This document shows, one piece after another, positions 7,968 to 16,930 of a stretch of DNA of 64,000 nt (position 1 is the stretch's first letter; the number at the start of each line of letters is the position of its first letter). Where the stretch lies: the IMG/VR virus record IMGVR_UViG_3300032267_001204, positions 8,314 to 72,313 of that record; one strand, 5' to 3'. A program made the position numbers and the translations under genes. A model generated the notes under the pieces. That model saw only the letters and a list, made by a program, of their open reading frames with translations. It had not been told where the DNA came from and did not search any database. The stretch comes from a virus.

Positions 7968-9750
7968 GTCTTACTACGACTCCGAGGTCAGTGTAACGAC
8001 CCTCGGCGCGTACAACTACGCTCGGAATACGGACATTTACATGGTCGCCATGTACTCCGATTCCGGATGGGCGTACGTCGGTTTGCCGAAAGATGCGCCT
8101 TGGCACGCAGTCACCGGCCAAGAGTGGGTCATGCACAACGCGGCCTTCGACCTGACCCTACTTGGTGCGCTGATCGAGCAAGGCGTAGTCATCGACGCAC
8201 AACCTTCAAACGTCTACGACACCGCTGATATGGCCGCGTACCTCGGCTACCCGAGATCCCTGAAAGAAGCGGCAAAGCATCTCCTCGGACTGGAATTGAG
8301 CAAAGGCACCCGGGACAACATGAAGGGCCGCCACTACCATCTACCTCCAGGAGTCATCGTCCCAAAGCGGAAGCGCATGGACAACGATTTCAAAAAGGAG
8401 ATCGCCCGATACGCCTTGAAAGACGCCAAGGCCACTCTCCTGCTCTGGAGATGCCACGGACACAAATGGCCGGCGCACGAACGCGAGATCTCCAAAATGA
8501 CCCGCGAGATGACCATGAAGGGCGTTCCGCTGAGTCTGCCTCGGCTGGAAGCCGCCCGCGTTACCCTTGAAGAGGAAGCCGCCAGAGCCGCTGCGCTGAT
8601 CCCGTGGGCAGGCAAGAGCGACGTCGCGCTCCTATCACTCCAAGCGATCCGCGATCAATGCGACCTCGAAGGCATCCGCAAACCGACCACGTTCGCCGAA
8701 AAGACTACCGAAGGGGCGGAGTGGGAAGCCGAGTTCGCCGACCAATTCCCTTGGGTACGCGCCGTCAGAGATTTCCGCAAAGCCAATAAACACATGAAAA
8801 CCGTGGAGGCGATGCGGAAACGCCTTAAACCAGACTCGGTCTGGATGCCGTACGACATGAAATACTTCGGCGCCCTCACCGGCCGCGACAGCGGCTCCGG
8901 AGGATGGAACGCCCAAAACCTCCCCAAAGGTCACGTCGCCGGAGTCGATATCCGCAACCTCATCGAGGCGCCCTCTGGGCATACCTTAATCATCGCCGAC
9001 TTGGCCCAAATCGAAGCGCGGTGCATCTGCTACCTCGCCGGGGACAAGAAGAGTTTGGAACTCATGGCCGGTGGCGCTGACGTTTACGAAGCTCACGCCC
9101 GAGCCACGATGGGCTACACCGACCCTCGCTCGCTCAAAGAGGTGGATAACAAGATGAGGCAGCTCGCCAAAGCGCGTGTCCTCGGCCTCGGCTACGGATG
9201 CGGCGCGGAAAAATTCCGCTACGTCGCCAAGATCATGGCAGGACTCGACATATCTTTAGAGGAAGCGCAAGAAATTGTGCAGTCCTACCGCAGCACCAAC
9301 CCGCTCATCATCGGACTGTGGAAGAAACTAGACCGCGCCATGCGGAAAGCCGTGGACGAAAAGACCCAAACTTTCGAGCTGACGCTGCCTTCCGGACGGA
9401 CGCTCGCCTACCGCGAAGTCACGTCTTCGGGCGAAGGGCGCGGCGACTATCGCTGCAAGATACCCCGGGGCGGAACGATGGCGCCGACCAAGTTGTATGG
9501 TGGGCTCCTCGCAGAAAACGCAACCCAGGCGTTTGCACGGGACGTTTTCATGGATCGCTGCGCTGCCCTGCGCGACGCGGGAGCCGACATCATCATGCGG
9601 GTTCACGACGAAGTTGTCATAATGTGCGAAGAAAGATTGAGCGAATCCTTCAAAGCCGATGTCGAAGCAATACTCTCCACCCCGCCGGATTGGTGTTCGA
9701 CCCTTCCGCTTGGAGCCGAAGCCACAATCTCAAAGTTCTACATGAAATGA
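7948..9750 (+). CDS. polA: DNA polymerase family A with 3'-5' exonuclease
   Basis: Exonuclease motifs AIDFESY, HNAAFD and YALKDA. Polymerase motif A ADLAQIEAR, motif B RQLAKARVLGLGYG, motif C RVHDE. Confidence 0.95.
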   Translation: MVAIDFESYYDSEVSVTTLGAYNYARNTDIYMVAMYSDSGWAYVGLPKDAPWHAVTGQEWVMHNAAFDLTLLGALIEQGVVIDAQPSNVYDTADMAAYLGYPRSLKEAAKHLLGLELSKGTRDNMKGRHYHLPPGVIVPKRKRMDNDFKKEIARYALKDAKATLLLWRCHGHKWPAHEREISKMTREMTMKGVPLSLPRLEAARVTLEEEAARAAALIPWAGKSDVALLSLQAIRDQCDLEGIRKPTTFAEKTTEGAEWEAEFADQFPWVRAVRDFRKANKHMKTVEAMRKRLKPDSVWMPYDMKYFGALTGRDSGSGGWNAQNLPKGHVAGVDIRNLIEAPSGHTLIIADLAQIEARCICYLAGDKKSLELMAGGADVYEAHARATMGYTDPRSLKEVDNKMRQLAKARVLGLGYGCGAEKFRYVAKIMAGLDISLEEAQEIVQSYRSTNPLIIGLWKKLDRAMRKAVDEKTQTFELTLPSGRTLAYREVTSSGEGRGDYRCKIPRGGTMAPTKLYGGLLAENATQAFARDVFMDRCAALRDAGADIIMRVHDEVVIMCEERLSESFKADVEAILSTPPDWCSTLPLGAEATISKFYMK

Positions 9751-9962
9751 CCTATACATTGTTAGAAACCTTTCAAAAAGTCACCGGATGGAAAACTCCG
9801 GAGCTGTTCGGCCGCGAACACGACGGCTTTGTCACCATCGAGGAAGACCTCCGCACCCACACGCATGAGGCGTTCTTTTGGGACGCCGACATGGCCCATG
9901 AGCGTTTGCAAACAATGTGGATGGACGGCCATTACTTTGTGCGTAGGTTGTTAACCAGATAA
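9747..9962 (+). CDS. Hypothetical protein
   Basis: ATGA overlap with the polymerase stop. Confidence 0.5.
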   Translation: MTYTLLETFQKVTGWKTPELFGREHDGFVTIEEDLRTHTHEAFFWDADMAHERLQTMWMDGHYFVRRLLTR

Positions 9963-9966
9963 CCTT

Positions 9967-11508
9967 ATGCGATACCTCTCGGTTTGCAGCGGCATCGAAG
10001 CCGCAAGCGTGGCGTGGGAACCCCTTGGCTGGTCTCCCGCCGCATTCTCTGAAATTGAGCCATTTCCGGCCGCTGTCCTCGCCCACCATTGGCCGGAAGT
10101 CCCTAACTTGGGCGACATGAACAACTATGAAGACTGGAACAACTTGGACGCAATCGACCTTTTGGTCGGAGGAACCCCCTGCCAAAGCTTCTCCGTCGCC
10201 GGTCTGCGAAAAGGACTCAAAGACCCCCGTGGAGGACTCATGCTTACCTACCTTGAAATCGCTCGGCGTTTCCGGCCTCGATGGGTTGTGTGGGAAAATG
10301 TCCCCGGCGTCCTGTCTAGCGACGGAGGACGGGATTTTGGTTCCTTCCTCGGGGCGTTGGGGGAGCTGGGGTATGGCTGGGCCTATCGCGTCTTGGACGC
10401 TCAATGGATCCGAACACAACGACACCCCCGCGCCGTCCCGCAGCGCAGGAGACGTGTCTTCGTTGTCGGATGTCTTGGAGACCGGACCCGTGCCGCCAAG
10501 GTTCTTTTTGAGTCCCAAAGCGTGTGCAGGGATTCTGCGGAGAGCCGAAAAAAGAAAGAAGACGTTGCCGGAACATTTACGGCTCGCGCTCGAAGCGGGG
10601 GCTGGTGTCAAGACGTCGATCTCGCCAGCTCTGGATACATGCAAGTCGCCGGAGCTCTCGATACCGAGTGCGGCGGGAACAAACTGACCCACCAGACCTT
10701 GCTCAACGGCCATGCGCTGGCCGTGGGCGCTCTCTCGGCAGACGATGGAGAACAAGGGATGACAACGATCCAAGCCGCTGCCTCGGGGATGCTGATCGCC
10801 TTCCAACAAAACACCCGCGACGAAGTCCGCCTCATAGGTGGCGACGGCAAGATCGCGGGGGCTTTGGCTGCCGAGGCAGGGATGAAGCAACAGAACTATC
10901 TGGCTCCGGCCCGAATGGTCGCTTTCGGCGAATACGTCGAAGACGGAACCGCCTCGGCCATGAAAGCGCGGGATTACAAAGACGCCACAGATCTGGTTGC
11001 CGTGGACGCCTACAACCAGACCGTGAGCGATACCTCGCAAGCCCTCTCGTCTTCCGCGAGCGACATTAACCACACCGGAGGAGCGATCGTGCCGGCCGCG
11101 ACCGCGATTCAGGACGTAACCGACCGAGACAAAAAACAGAACGGGCGCGGATGGAACGCCGACGGAACAAGCTACACTCTGGACGCAGCAGCGACGCAAG
11201 GGGTCGCTCAAGTCCAGTGGGCCAGCGGCGGAGGACAACTAGAAAACCCGACCGCCCAAGCCCTGCGGTCTGGAGCGAAACACAACTACCAATTCGCTCG
11301 CGTAGGCATGGCAGTCAGACGGCTTACCCCGACAGAATGTGAGCGGCTCCAAGGATTCCCCGATAGCCACACCTTGATCCCGTGGAAGAAGAAACCGGCG
11401 GATCAATGCCCCGACGGCCCACGCTACAAAGCCTTGGGCAACTCGATGGCCGTGAACTGCATGGGATGGCTCGGCCAACGCATCGACTTCTACGACAAGC
11501 AATCATAA
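9967..11508 (+). CDS. DNA (cytosine-5)-methyltransferase
   Basis: SVCSGI, GGTPCQSFS, WENVPG, PQRRRRVF, RRLTPTECERLQGFPD and YKALGNS. Confidence 0.95.
   Translation: MRYLSVCSGIEAASVAWEPLGWSPAAFSEIEPFPAAVLAHHWPEVPNLGDMNNYEDWNNLDAIDLLVGGTPCQSFSVAGLRKGLKDPRGGLMLTYLEIARRFRPRWVVWENVPGVLSSDGGRDFGSFLGALGELGYGWAYRVLDAQWIRTQRHPRAVPQRRRRVFVVGCLGDRTRAAKVLFESQSVCRDSAESRKKKEDVAGTFTARARSGGWCQDVDLASSGYMQVAGALDTECGGNKLTHQTLLNGHALAVGALSADDGEQGMTTIQAAASGMLIAFQQNTRDEVRLIGGDGKIAGALAAEAGMKQQNYLAPARMVAFGEYVEDGTASAMKARDYKDATDLVAVDAYNQTVSDTSQALSSSASDINHTGGAIVPAATAIQDVTDRDKKQNGRGWNADGTSYTLDAAATQGVAQVQWASGGGQLENPTAQALRSGAKHNYQFARVGMAVRRLTPTECERLQGFPDSHTLIPWKKKPADQCPDGPRYKALGNSMAVNCMGWLGQRIDFYDKQS
10127..10687 (+). CDS. 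Nested alternative-frame ORF in the methyltransferase (EcoHK31I beta-like polypeptide)
   Basis: 186-codon +1 frame ending in SSLSDVLETGPVPPRFFLSPKACAGILRRAEKRKKTLP. Confidence 0.6.
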   Translation: MKTGTTWTQSTFWSEEPPAKASPSPVCEKDSKTPVEDSCLPTLKSLGVSGLDGLCGKMSPASCLATEDGILVPSSGRWGSWGMAGPIASWTLNGSEHNDTPAPSRSAGDVSSLSDVLETGPVPPRFFLSPKACAGILRRAEKRKKTLPEHLRLALEAGAGVKTSISPALDTCKSPELSIPSAAGTN

Positions 11509-11533
11509 CCCAACAACCCACAAGGAGAATGAA

Positions 11534-11722
11534 ATGTACAACAGCGAGAAACGAGTCCGCGAAAAAGACGGCTACGACAGCCTCGGGGAAGCCCTCGCGG
11601 CCCGCTCTTCACTAGCGAGAAAACGAGGCAAGCGGTTCAAGACCCTGCGCCCCTACCAAGTTAACGGTCGATGGTTCCTGACCAAAATGAGCAAGGGCCA
11701 AGCAAAGCAATACTCTTTTTGA
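11534..11722 (+). CDS. Small basic protein
   Basis: AAGGAG upstream; LRPYQ...WFLT. Confidence 0.55.
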   Translation: MYNSEKRVREKDGYDSLGEALAARSSLARKRGKRFKTLRPYQVNGRWFLTKMSKGQAKQYSF

Positions 11723-11726
11723 TAAA

Positions 11727-14024
11727 ATGAACCTCGACATTACCCCCGAAGAATTTGGTATCCACCCCTGCCCCGAGTCCGGAGAAGGATGCCACGGCTG
11801 GATCTACGGCGCAGCCCATCGGCTCGTTGCTGCCGGCTTTGAAGACGATGAGATCGAGGCGTGGATCGAGGCGTACCTCAAACGCCCGTCCCAGCCCCGC
11901 GAAATTGCCAACACCCTGTCCAAGGTTCGGGCCGAAGCCGACGGGAAGATCGCGCCGCGCAAGAGCGTCGGAGCCAAACGCCCCAAAGATGAGGCGGCCG
12001 TCGCCAAGCTCTTGGAGGGCGGCCCGATCTCGGTTGAGGACTTCATCGCGTCGAGTCCCAGTCCGGTATCAATTGATACTACCACCGTTCTCAAGGCGCT
12101 ATTCCCGGGAGAGAAGACCATTCTCTTCACCGATCAGATGTCCCAGGGCCAGCGAGTCTGGGACGAAGCCATCCCCCCAGAGGACGTAGATCGTCTGGGA
12201 CGGACAAATACGCAGGGCGCTTGGTTTCTTCTTAATCCAGTCACCGGAGACTACGCCGAACGCGAGGGAGCCAAACCCTCCCGCCGGTCCGAAGCGACCA
12301 TTTCCGCTTACAAACACGTCCTCGTCGAGTCCGACAACGTCAACCTCGGAGAGTGGCTCGCCATCCTGCGCCAGCTCGACCTCCCCATCGTCTGCGTAAC
12401 CCTCTCCGGCAATGCCTCGGCCCACGCTATCGTCCGGGTTTCCGCAGATAACCGAGATGAGTGGGTCGCCGCTGCCAAGAAGATTGCTGATCTCGTCGTT
12501 CCGCTCGGAGCCGACCCCAACGCCATCACCGCAGTCCGGCTCACGCGCCTCCCGGGGGTGGTGCGAAAAGACAACGGAAATACCCAATCGCTGATTTGGT
12601 TCAATCCAGAGGCCGTGCCGACTGAAAAATGCGTTCTTAGTAAGCCAGAAGGATCAGATCCAGACGCGACCAAAGAAGAAGAGGCCAATATTTCTTCCGA
12701 AACCGGTGGACGAAATGACGACTTCTCCGACATTTATTACGACGGCAAAGCCTATTTCATGCGCTCCGCCGACGGGATCTGGCGGTATGAGCTGGCAGGA
12801 ATGCTTCACTCTGCACTCAAGGTGCGCGGCTACGCCGACAGCGCACCCAAGGGGCGAGCGACCCAAATGGACGTAGCCAAAGGCATCATCCGCGAACAGC
12901 GCCGAGTCGATGGCGCAGGCCCTCGCCTCTACAGCCCCCACGAAACATGGGCAGAAGGCGGCAAAAGATTCCTCAACACCGCTTGCACCAAGATCATGCC
13001 GGCCGCGCCGACCGCCGGAGCATGGGGTGAGTTCTTCCCGCGCTACGCCGGAGTCCTCGACAACACCTTTACCTGCCCCTCGTACAAGGACACCTTCTTG
13101 GCTTGGTTCAAACGCTTCTACGAGTCCGCCGAGGTGGGCGAATTGCAGCTAGGGCAGGCCCTCGCCCTGGTAGGCCCCGTCCAGTGCTTCAAATCCTTCA
13201 TCATCGAGCAGATCCTCCGCCCCGCGATGGGCGGCTACGCCGACCTGTCCTCGATCGTCAGCGGCGAAAGCAACGGCTTTAACAGCGAACTCTACCACTC
13301 CCCCTTGGCCGTCATCGACGACTCCAAGGCGGCCGAGTCCGAGGCCCAGCTCAACCGGTATGCCAGCGCCATTAAGAAGTTGGCGGCCCATGGTCGTCAC
13401 AAATACCACGAAAAGTTTGTGACACCGATCCTCGTCGAATGGAAAGGCCGCGTGATCATCGCGGCCAACGACGACGCGGTGTCGATCAAGTCAGTTCCGG
13501 CCCTCGACATTAGCAATGAGGACAAGCTCATCGTCCTAGCCATGCAGACATGGGAAGAAAACCCCGGCCCCGACGCCTTGCGCGACGTTGTCGAGGAACT
13601 CCCCCACCTCCTCGCATGGCTCAAGGAGTGGGACTATCCCAGGGGCCTCGTGGACCCCGGCTCGCGGTACGGGATTCGGAGCGTCGTGGCGCCCGAGATC
13701 CGAGACAAGATGGAGGCATCCGCGAGGACAGCAGAGCTGACCGACACCCTGCGCCTGTGGCGGAAACGAATGCCGGTCGAAGAACGTGACATTGTTTGGC
13801 TCGGGACCTCCGTGGAGCTTCACCAGTCCTTCAATGTGGTCTTCGACAACTCGTCCCTGACTAACCAGTGGCCGGTTCGGGTGCTGGGGGCTCGGATGCA
13901 ACAGCTTTCCAACAAGCCCGACTCCGGCGTCAGCATCGCGCAGCGGCGGTACGGCAAGGAGAAGGTGACCCTGTGGAGGATCGAGCCACCAGGGCCGGAG
14001 ACGCCGGACGAGAATCCGTTCTGA
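11727..14024 (+). CDS. Primase-helicase (RepB/AEP-like primase plus P-loop domain)
   Basis: VLVESD, SGNASAH and RLTRLPG primase motifs. C-terminal LALVGPVQCFKS, AVIDD and IIAAND. Confidence 0.8.
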   Translation: MNLDITPEEFGIHPCPESGEGCHGWIYGAAHRLVAAGFEDDEIEAWIEAYLKRPSQPREIANTLSKVRAEADGKIAPRKSVGAKRPKDEAAVAKLLEGGPISVEDFIASSPSPVSIDTTTVLKALFPGEKTILFTDQMSQGQRVWDEAIPPEDVDRLGRTNTQGAWFLLNPVTGDYAEREGAKPSRRSEATISAYKHVLVESDNVNLGEWLAILRQLDLPIVCVTLSGNASAHAIVRVSADNRDEWVAAAKKIADLVVPLGADPNAITAVRLTRLPGVVRKDNGNTQSLIWFNPEAVPTEKCVLSKPEGSDPDATKEEEANISSETGGRNDDFSDIYYDGKAYFMRSADGIWRYELAGMLHSALKVRGYADSAPKGRATQMDVAKGIIREQRRVDGAGPRLYSPHETWAEGGKRFLNTACTKIMPAAPTAGAWGEFFPRYAGVLDNTFTCPSYKDTFLAWFKRFYESAEVGELQLGQALALVGPVQCFKSFIIEQILRPAMGGYADLSSIVSGESNGFNSELYHSPLAVIDDSKAAESEAQLNRYASAIKKLAAHGRHKYHEKFVTPILVEWKGRVIIAANDDAVSIKSVPALDISNEDKLIVLAMQTWEENPGPDALRDVVEELPHLLAWLKEWDYPRGLVDPGSRYGIRSVVAPEIRDKMEASARTAELTDTLRLWRKRMPVEERDIVWLGTSVELHQSFNVVFDNSSLTNQWPVRVLGARMQQLSNKPDSGVSIAQRRYGKEKVTLWRIEPPGPETPDENPF

Positions 14025-14033
14025 GGCTGGCAG

Positions 14034-14561
14034 CCTGAAGCATGAAGCATGAAGCCTCCTTCGTGAGGCACAATGTCAGGTTAAACGGCCGGATGACTGC
14101 GACTGAGCAATCATTACTGGGGGATTCCTAGGTGTTCCCCCAGCGAAAAAAGACTCCATCCCCCACGTTAAGTTGCTTCGCGCCAGCGATTTAGGTCGAT
14201 CTGGGGGACGAGGGGGAGGGATTCGGGGAATGCGGGTGGCGGAACGACGGGAGGGGGGCTACAGCCGTATATATAATATTTTTTGTTATAGAGAAACACT
14301 GTAGGAATCCCCCTTTCCCCCAGATTTGTAGTATGTCTCTGTCGGACAGCGATTTAAGCCCTGTTTTTGACTGGGGGAAAGCCTGGGGGAAAGGGGGAAA
14401 GCCCCCCTAAAAGTGGGGTTAAACGCGAGTTTAGGGGGAAAGGCCTGCCGAAAACGCGGTTTTCGGGGGTTTCTGAGTTTAGCCCACATTCTGAGGGTCA
14501 GTATGTCGGGAATCCCGACAATCAACCTGAAGCATGAGGCGTAAAGCCTCTTTCGTGAGGC
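14034..14561. repeat. Origin-like region bracketed by 36-bp direct repeats (14034-14069 and 14526-14561)
   Basis: The repeats match at 32 of 36 positions. Between them are many GGGGGA/TCCCCC runs around an AT-rich core near 14268-14290. Confidence 0.6.
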
Positions 14562-14662
14562 GCTATACCCGATAAGGTCGCCGTCAGGCGACATCCCAGA
14601 GAAGACGGCGAACGACGACACCGGGAAAGCTTAGTGCAAACCGTAGGACTTTGTTCGCAAGT

Positions 14663-14688
14663 GCATACACTTCGCAACAAGTGTATGC
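14663..14688. other. Perfect 10-bp inverted repeat after the minus-strand ORF
   Basis: GCATACACTT-cgcaac-AAGTGTATGC. Confidence 0.5.
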
Positions 14689-14692
14689 GTTC

Positions 14693-14911
14693 CTATCCAA
14701 GGTGGAGTCCTCGGTCATCGAGGATTTCAATAACTCGCGCCCGGACGCGCTCGAAAGTCCGATACTCCTCGGCGGTGTGTTCGCCGTGCTTGATCTGGGA
14801 CCTGAGGTATTGCAAGAGGTCGTCCATCGCCCATCTCCAATCCGAACCCTGGCGGGCGTCGGTCAGCGCGGCGTCGTCCTCTGGGAGGTGGAACTCAAGG
14901 GTAGCTTTCAT
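14693..14911 (-). CDS. Small phage protein (MKATLEF.LPED type)
   Basis: Helical 72-aa ORF downstream of the tRNA on the same strand. Confidence 0.65.
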   Translation of the reverse strand: MKATLEFHLPEDDAALTDARQGSDWRWAMDDLLQYLRSQIKHGEHTAEEYRTFERVRARVIEILDDRGLHLG

Positions 14912-14988
14912 AAAGTGGGGCGGGGTCCGGGATTTCCCCAGTAAACGAGCGTCACAGTTTAGAAAGCTGCCGCACGACCCCCACCATT

Positions 14989-15057
14989 TTGCAGGACCGG
15001 GAATCGAACCCGGAGAGCCGGCTTATGAGACCAGCTTAGGATCCAACCTTTCCTGCG
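14989..15057 (-). tRNA. tRNA-Met(CAT), initiator-like, with a shortened D-arm
   Basis: Acceptor CGCAGGA/TCCTGCA-A; anticodon arm CTGGT-CTCATAA-GCCGG; T-arm CCGGG-TTCGATT-CCCGG. Confidence 0.8.
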
Positions 15058-15600
15058 GGGTTAATATCCTTGCGTTTGCAAGTGTGTCAAACGGCTCCCC
15101 TGATTGTTGCGGTTATCAGCCGGTTAATAAATGCAAAATCCCGGGAAAAATTAATTTCCCATCAAATGATATGTAACTGCTGCGAAATTGGTGGTCAGAG
15201 GGGACCGTGGTGGATCGGGTGGTGGGTCACAGATTCAGGATCCGTGCGCTTTCTACCGATCATCTCTGTATTGTGCCGCATTGTGACGAGAACCATGAAG
15301 CATGGATATTGCTGCAAGCCTCTGTGCATCAATGACTTACGCAAAAAGGGGCAAATCAGCCTCTAACAGAGTAGCATCGGGCCAAAAAGCCCACCTCTAC
15401 ACAACATATAGGGGAAAATCCGGCCCTTTTGATTGATTCGCCCTGCTTTTCAGGGGGTTTCCCTCCTTTGGCCTCATAACCTGCCTACCGATTAACAGAG
15501 TAAAACGCCGTGTCCCGTCCATTTATTCATGGATGAAAGCTCCATCGGAGCCGGAATCCACTCAAGTAGAAACAAAGAGCCATGCTCCAAGCATCGCTCA

Positions 15601-15618
15601 ACTCAACATCCGTTGAGT
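15601..15618. promoter_or_regulatory. 18-bp palindrome, copy 1
   Basis: ACTCAAC-ATCC-GTTGAGT. Confidence 0.85.
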
Positions 15619-15637
15619 CGTTAGCTCGTTAGACAAC

Positions 15638-16042
15638 ATGAAAACACACAAACTCGTTACCTCGTTCTGCAACGGAATCCTCCAAGGCGAAACGCTCCGC
15701 GAAACGCTCATCCAGCTTGCCGCTGAAATGGTCGAGACGATCGGCAAGCGTGACGCTGCGAAGCAAGTCCGCGCAGAGTTGAAAACCCCTCGCTTCATCA
15801 ATGCCCTCGTCGGCGAAGGGAAGCGTTACAAGAACGAGCGGTCGTGGGAAGTCCGCGTCTCGTTCATCCTCTGCAACTACGGCCTGAAGGCCAAGTCGTC
15901 GGAGGGAAGCGGCAAGAAAGTTGCGCCGCGTCTCCGCTCCGAAGGTTCCAAGATCGCTGCCAAGCTGCTCGCTAACTTCGAGAAAGCTGAAGCGGTGAGC
16001 ATCCTCCGCGTTGCCTTGGAAGAAGCCAAGGCCGCTGAATAA
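15638..16042 (+). CDS. Hypothetical basic helical protein
   Basis: 134-aa ORF flanked on both sides by the palindrome. Confidence 0.7.
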   Translation: MKTHKLVTSFCNGILQGETLRETLIQLAAEMVETIGKRDAAKQVRAELKTPRFINALVGEGKRYKNERSWEVRVSFILCNYGLKAKSSEGSGKKVAPRLRSEGSKIAAKLLANFEKAEAVSILRVALEEAKAAE

Positions 16043-16059
16043 CTCAACATCTGTTGAGT
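16042..16059. promoter_or_regulatory. 18-bp palindrome, copy 2
   Basis: ACTCAAC-ATCT-GTTGAGT. Confidence 0.85.
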
Positions 16060-16067
16060 GAGAACAA

Positions 16068-16093
16068 CAGCGCAGGGCTTCGGCCCTGCGTTG
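16068..16093 (+). terminator. UUCG-capped hairpin
   Basis: CAGCGCAGGGC-TTCG-GCCCTGCGTTG followed by tatctt. Confidence 0.55.
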
Positions 16094-16131
16094 TATCTTG
16101 CTCAAAGCGGCAAGCGTGGCGCGATTCACGC

Positions 16132-16159
16132 ACCATGAACCATGAACCATGAACCATGA
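16132..16159 (+). repeat. Tandem heptamer (ACCATGA)x4
   Basis: accatgaaccatgaaccatgaaccatga; the last unit holds the ATG at 16156. Confidence 0.9.
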
Positions 16160-16362
16160 CCCTAAAACCACTACCCCGATTAACTGATGCCGAGCTGAAG
16201 CGAGAAGCCGACGCGATTGTGCGTTACAACGAACACCGCAATCCCTTCTTTGGTAAAGTTTCGTTCGGCGAGTTTTGTCGTATCCCATACATGACTCCCG
16301 CCGAGATTGCGGACGCCTCGCCGGAGTTGCAACACGCCGCCACGTTCTGGAGCGATCTATGA
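16156..16362 (+). CDS. Hypothetical protein
   Basis: Short ORF coupled to the next gene by ATGA. Confidence 0.55.
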   Translation: MTLKPLPRLTDAELKREADAIVRYNEHRNPFFGKVSFGEFCRIPYMTPAEIADASPELQHAATFWSDL

Positions 16363-16586
16363 ACGCTAACACCCGAGCCAAGAAACTTGAGCGGCTATTT
16401 ATCGCTGCCGCTTTCGAACCACGCACAAACAAGGAGTTCGATCACAAACCAGAGGCGTTGCGAACCGAGTTCTGGCAGCTTCATCGTCGTCTGCCGCACT
16501 CCGCCCCCGCGCTTTGGGAGCGGTTCAAGAAGCGCATGGAGCGCACGGGCCGTTTGTCCGAAGGCACATCGTGGAGATACGAGTAA
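16359..16586 (+). CDS. Hypothetical protein
   Basis: ATGA overlap with GGAG upstream. Confidence 0.55.
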   Translation: MNANTRAKKLERLFIAAAFEPRTNKEFDHKPEALRTEFWQLHRRLPHSAPALWERFKKRMERTGRLSEGTSWRYE

Positions 16587-16647
16587 TCACATCGGCGCAT
16601 CCTTCGGGGTGCGTCGAGGTGTCGAATCAGAGTGTTCTGATTCGCCG

Positions 16648-16665
16648 ACTCAACATTCGTTGAGT
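16648..16665. promoter_or_regulatory. 18-bp palindrome, copy 3
   Basis: ACTCAAC-ATTC-GTTGAGT. Confidence 0.85.
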
Positions 16666-16728
16666 GAACCCTCTGGCATGAGGGGCAACAAACTCCCCGA
16701 AAGGCGAGCATCATGCCACACCACGAAC

Positions 16729-16920
16729 ATGGAAACAGGAATACTGCCCAAGAAAAAGCTGCCCCGCTTCCGCGAGGCGGCGAAAGACGAGGGACGTCCC
16801 CTCGCCTTCGAGCCAACCCCCAAGGAACTCGAAGACGAAAGGTCGCGCTATCTGGCGGCCAACAACCGCAACTTCGGGACGAATCTGGCTTTCGTCATTG
16901 ACTTCGTCCCGAAATCATAA
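16729..16920 (+). CDS. Hypothetical protein
   Basis: METGILPKKK...; follows the hairpin cluster. Confidence 0.45.
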   Translation: METGILPKKKLPRFREAAKDEGRPLAFEPTPKELEDERSRYLAANNRNFGTNLAFVIDFVPKS

Positions 16921-16930
16921 CCTCATCACC

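Noticed and set aside
9832-11238. 468-aa minus-strand ORF
   Set aside because: Antisense to the methyltransferase and its nested ORF; no recognisable motifs.
14286-15366. Several ORFs in the control region (14286-14621, 14634-15176, 15070-15366)
   Set aside because: They run across repeats, the tRNA and a better-supported gene, and their composition is not protein-like.
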